From Macrostomum lignano (taxonomy: Eukaryota), in assembly GCA_002269645.1 (NCBI GenBank), contig NIVC01000327.1, positions 434,001 through 498,000 of the forward strand: a stretch of 64,000 bases of DNA. Direction: 5' to 3'. Numbering within the stretch: position 1 is the stretch's first letter; every line of letters begins with the position of its first letter. The notes under the pieces are model-generated. The model saw only the letters and a list, made by a program, of their open reading frames with translations. It searched no databases and was not told the DNA's origin. A program made the translations under genes and the position numbers. Positions 61,905-64,000 of the stretch are shown piece after piece.

Positions 61905-62115
61905 CCCGACTGCTCCTGCCGTCCCGACTGCTCCTGCCGTCCCGACTGCTCCTGCCGTCCCGAGTGCTCCTGCCGTCCCGACTGTTCCTGCCGTCCCGAG
62001 TGCTCCTGCCGTCCCGACTGCTCCTGCCGTCCCGACGTCTGCTGCTGCTGCTGCTGCTTCTCATAATTCTGGGACTGGGGCTGGGGCTGGGGCTGGGGCT
62101 GGGGCTAGGGCTGTG
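61905..62115. repeat. 18-bp tandem repeat, (GCT)n and (GGGGCT)n
   Basis: GCTCCTGCCGTCCCGACT about 7 times. Confidence 0.9.
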
Positions 62116-62159
62116 GCTGGGGGTAGGTGCGTTGTGCAATAGTGTTGGGCACTGTATTG

Positions 62160-62390
62160 ATTAGCGATTCTAGAGGTGGTTTATGACCGATTCTAGGGGT
62201 GGTTTTGACCGAGTCTAGGGGTGGTTTATGACCGAGTCTAGGGGTGGTTTATGACCGATTCTAGGGGTGGTTTATGAGCGACTCCAGGGGTGGTTTATTA
62301 GCAATTCTAGGGGTGGTTTATTAGCGATTCTAGTGGTGGTTTATGACGATTATAAAGATGGTTTATGAGCGATTCTAGGAAGTGGTTCAT
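62160..62390. repeat. 23-bp minisatellite
   Basis: GATTCTAGGGGTGGTTTATGACC. Confidence 0.88.
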
Positions 62391-62884
62391 TCATTCTGTT
62401 GACTCCGTTTTGCGTTCCCACTTGAATTAAAATTGAAATATTGAAATGTTTTTATGCTCTAAATATATAAAGCATCTTTAATTGTTTACCAAGGAAAACT
62501 TGATAACTCAGGACCGGAAACGAGCCAATTCATGGCGAAAAAAGTATGAGGCTCGTTTAAAAGCATTGTTCTATGGCCCATCCGTATGCGCATGCTTTCA
62601 GTTGCCAATGTATACGCGTATCATATTTGACTTTTTGATAGGCAGTCAGAAGGCGGGTGCAGGGTCGGTTTTCTTGAATGTTGAAGTTTGATTGCATAAA
62701 GTAACCGTCGTGAAAATACACAATGGGAAGCTGTACATGCAGCACATGTATAAGGAAACTCGAGAAAAATTTACGATTTTTTCTTTATCTGAACTACAAA
62801 CAGAGAGGAAAATAGCTCGTAACAGTCACAGAACGGGACAAGAGCTGACCATGATAAATAGTGAAGTGTTTGCTCCAGGTTCGC

Positions 62885-63891
62885 TCACTGTCCACTCAGC
62901 TTCAGTATTTTTCTATCGTGCACTTTATCCGGCGAAGGAGCGCTCTTTGCTCCTCGTTGAACATAACCCTTGAAGAAACAGTTGGTGAGGCGCACGCAGC
63001 ATCCCAGAACATCTGCTTCAGGGAAGTAAAACTCGCCAACGGCAGCAAACAATTTGCGCACTCGCAAAGCACATGACGGTGATCGCAGCGAAATGAAGCA
63101 TCCGAAACAAAGGCAAGCAAAATTGAACAGCCACTTTGGCGGGTGCTTCAACTTTCCCCGGGAAATCATTTCAGTGAATTCACCGAGTGGGGTGTTTAAA
63201 GTTTCGGCAATTTTCTCCTTAAACGTTATGTAGCCTGAAATGTTATTATTATGCCTAAGTTGTCCTTCGCCTCAGCAATCGTTATTTCCATCCAAGTTCA
63301 AGTAACACAAATGCATGCCTTACCTGCAATATAATAAACAGATGCCTTTTCGGCCATTGATAGGCTCTCAGCTTTTACGTAGCAGTCATCGAGCGTCGAA
63401 TTTTCTTCGTCTGAAAGGGGCGTGTCGCAGCAAAGTCCTTTGTTGTGCACGAATTCATCCAGCTCTAACACAGTGTAGAGTTTCATTCGTCGGAGTCGAG
63501 CGCTGAGAAGAACTTGCTCTACTGAGATAAAGTAATTGCCTCCGCTCATTTGGCGATAAACACCAAATTCTGCTTCCAGAGGATCACTTTGCAACTCCGC
63601 TATGAGAATGTACGTTGCACCAGATTCGCAGAGCAGTCGTTCGCATACTCGTAGTTCTATGATTGCATGAATAGTGTAAGCTAATGACCTCTTCGTCTCT
63701 GACATCAGAGATTGGTGTCTTGTTCTTCCCTTTCCACTGCGCATCTCCTCAATCAATTCGCAAAGCGCGCGCAGGAACTTGATGTTTGGATCTTGAACTG
63801 AATAGACAGCCCGTCTGTCTGGGTCATTAAGTCTAACATGAAGATGCGGGTTCTTGCAGTTCACAATTTTCCAGAATTTAACCGAAAGCAT
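62885..63891 (-). mobile_element. P-element/THAP9-type transposase, C-terminal part (exons 63891-63324 and 63234-62885)
   Basis: FWKIVN...LQSDPLEAEFGVYRQMSGGNY...YYIAG|Y...FTEMISRGKLKHP; phase-1 GT-AG intron. The upstream continuation is not resolved. Confidence 0.85.
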
Positions 63892-64000
63892 CGCACGGAA
63901 TAGTTTGGTGAAACGAAAACCCGCAGAACCATTTCGGCATTGGCGCTTAACGAGAAGATAAACACCTCCTCTTGAACAATGGTAACAATAAGCTGATATG

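Noticed and set aside
62482-62973. Plus-strand ORFs downstream of the P-element transposase
   Set aside because: No recognisable domain, interrupted by a stop, and partly antisense to the transposase exon.

Overview
This is animal (metazoan) nuclear DNA with GT-AG introns. The GC-rich exons and minisatellite-filled introns resemble what is described for the flatworm Macrostomum, but that is an inference only. Two host genes, transcribed divergently, can be fully reconstructed by hand with consistent intron phases. The first is a 13-exon SLC4-family Na+-coupled bicarbonate transporter (minus strand, 17301-511, about 1216 aa), in which almost every large intron holds a different minisatellite. 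The second is a 3-exon divergent BMP-like TGF-beta ligand (plus strand, 25062-30848, 446 aa) with a poly-arginine loop in its prodomain. The region from 31 to 64 kb is a nest of mobile elements: three decayed Ty3/Gypsy gag-pol regions, an orphan LTR with a triplicated tRNA-Leu primer site, a Harbinger element, MITEs, five head-to-tail Helitron units, and the 3' end of a P-element/THAP9-type transposase. The Helitron units include one carrying an STPR-like/RPA fusion gene and one carrying the 3' part of a spliced RepHel gene. The most unusual observations are: (1) a cold-shock domain between the Gag zinc knuckle and the protease of one Gypsy element; (2) a 297-bp TIR/TSD-bounded MITE carrying a 28S rRNA fragment centred on the R2 target site; (3) a ~2.9-kb block almost free of CpG; and (4) the tandem Helitron array. 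Family assignments come from recognising motifs, not from database searches.
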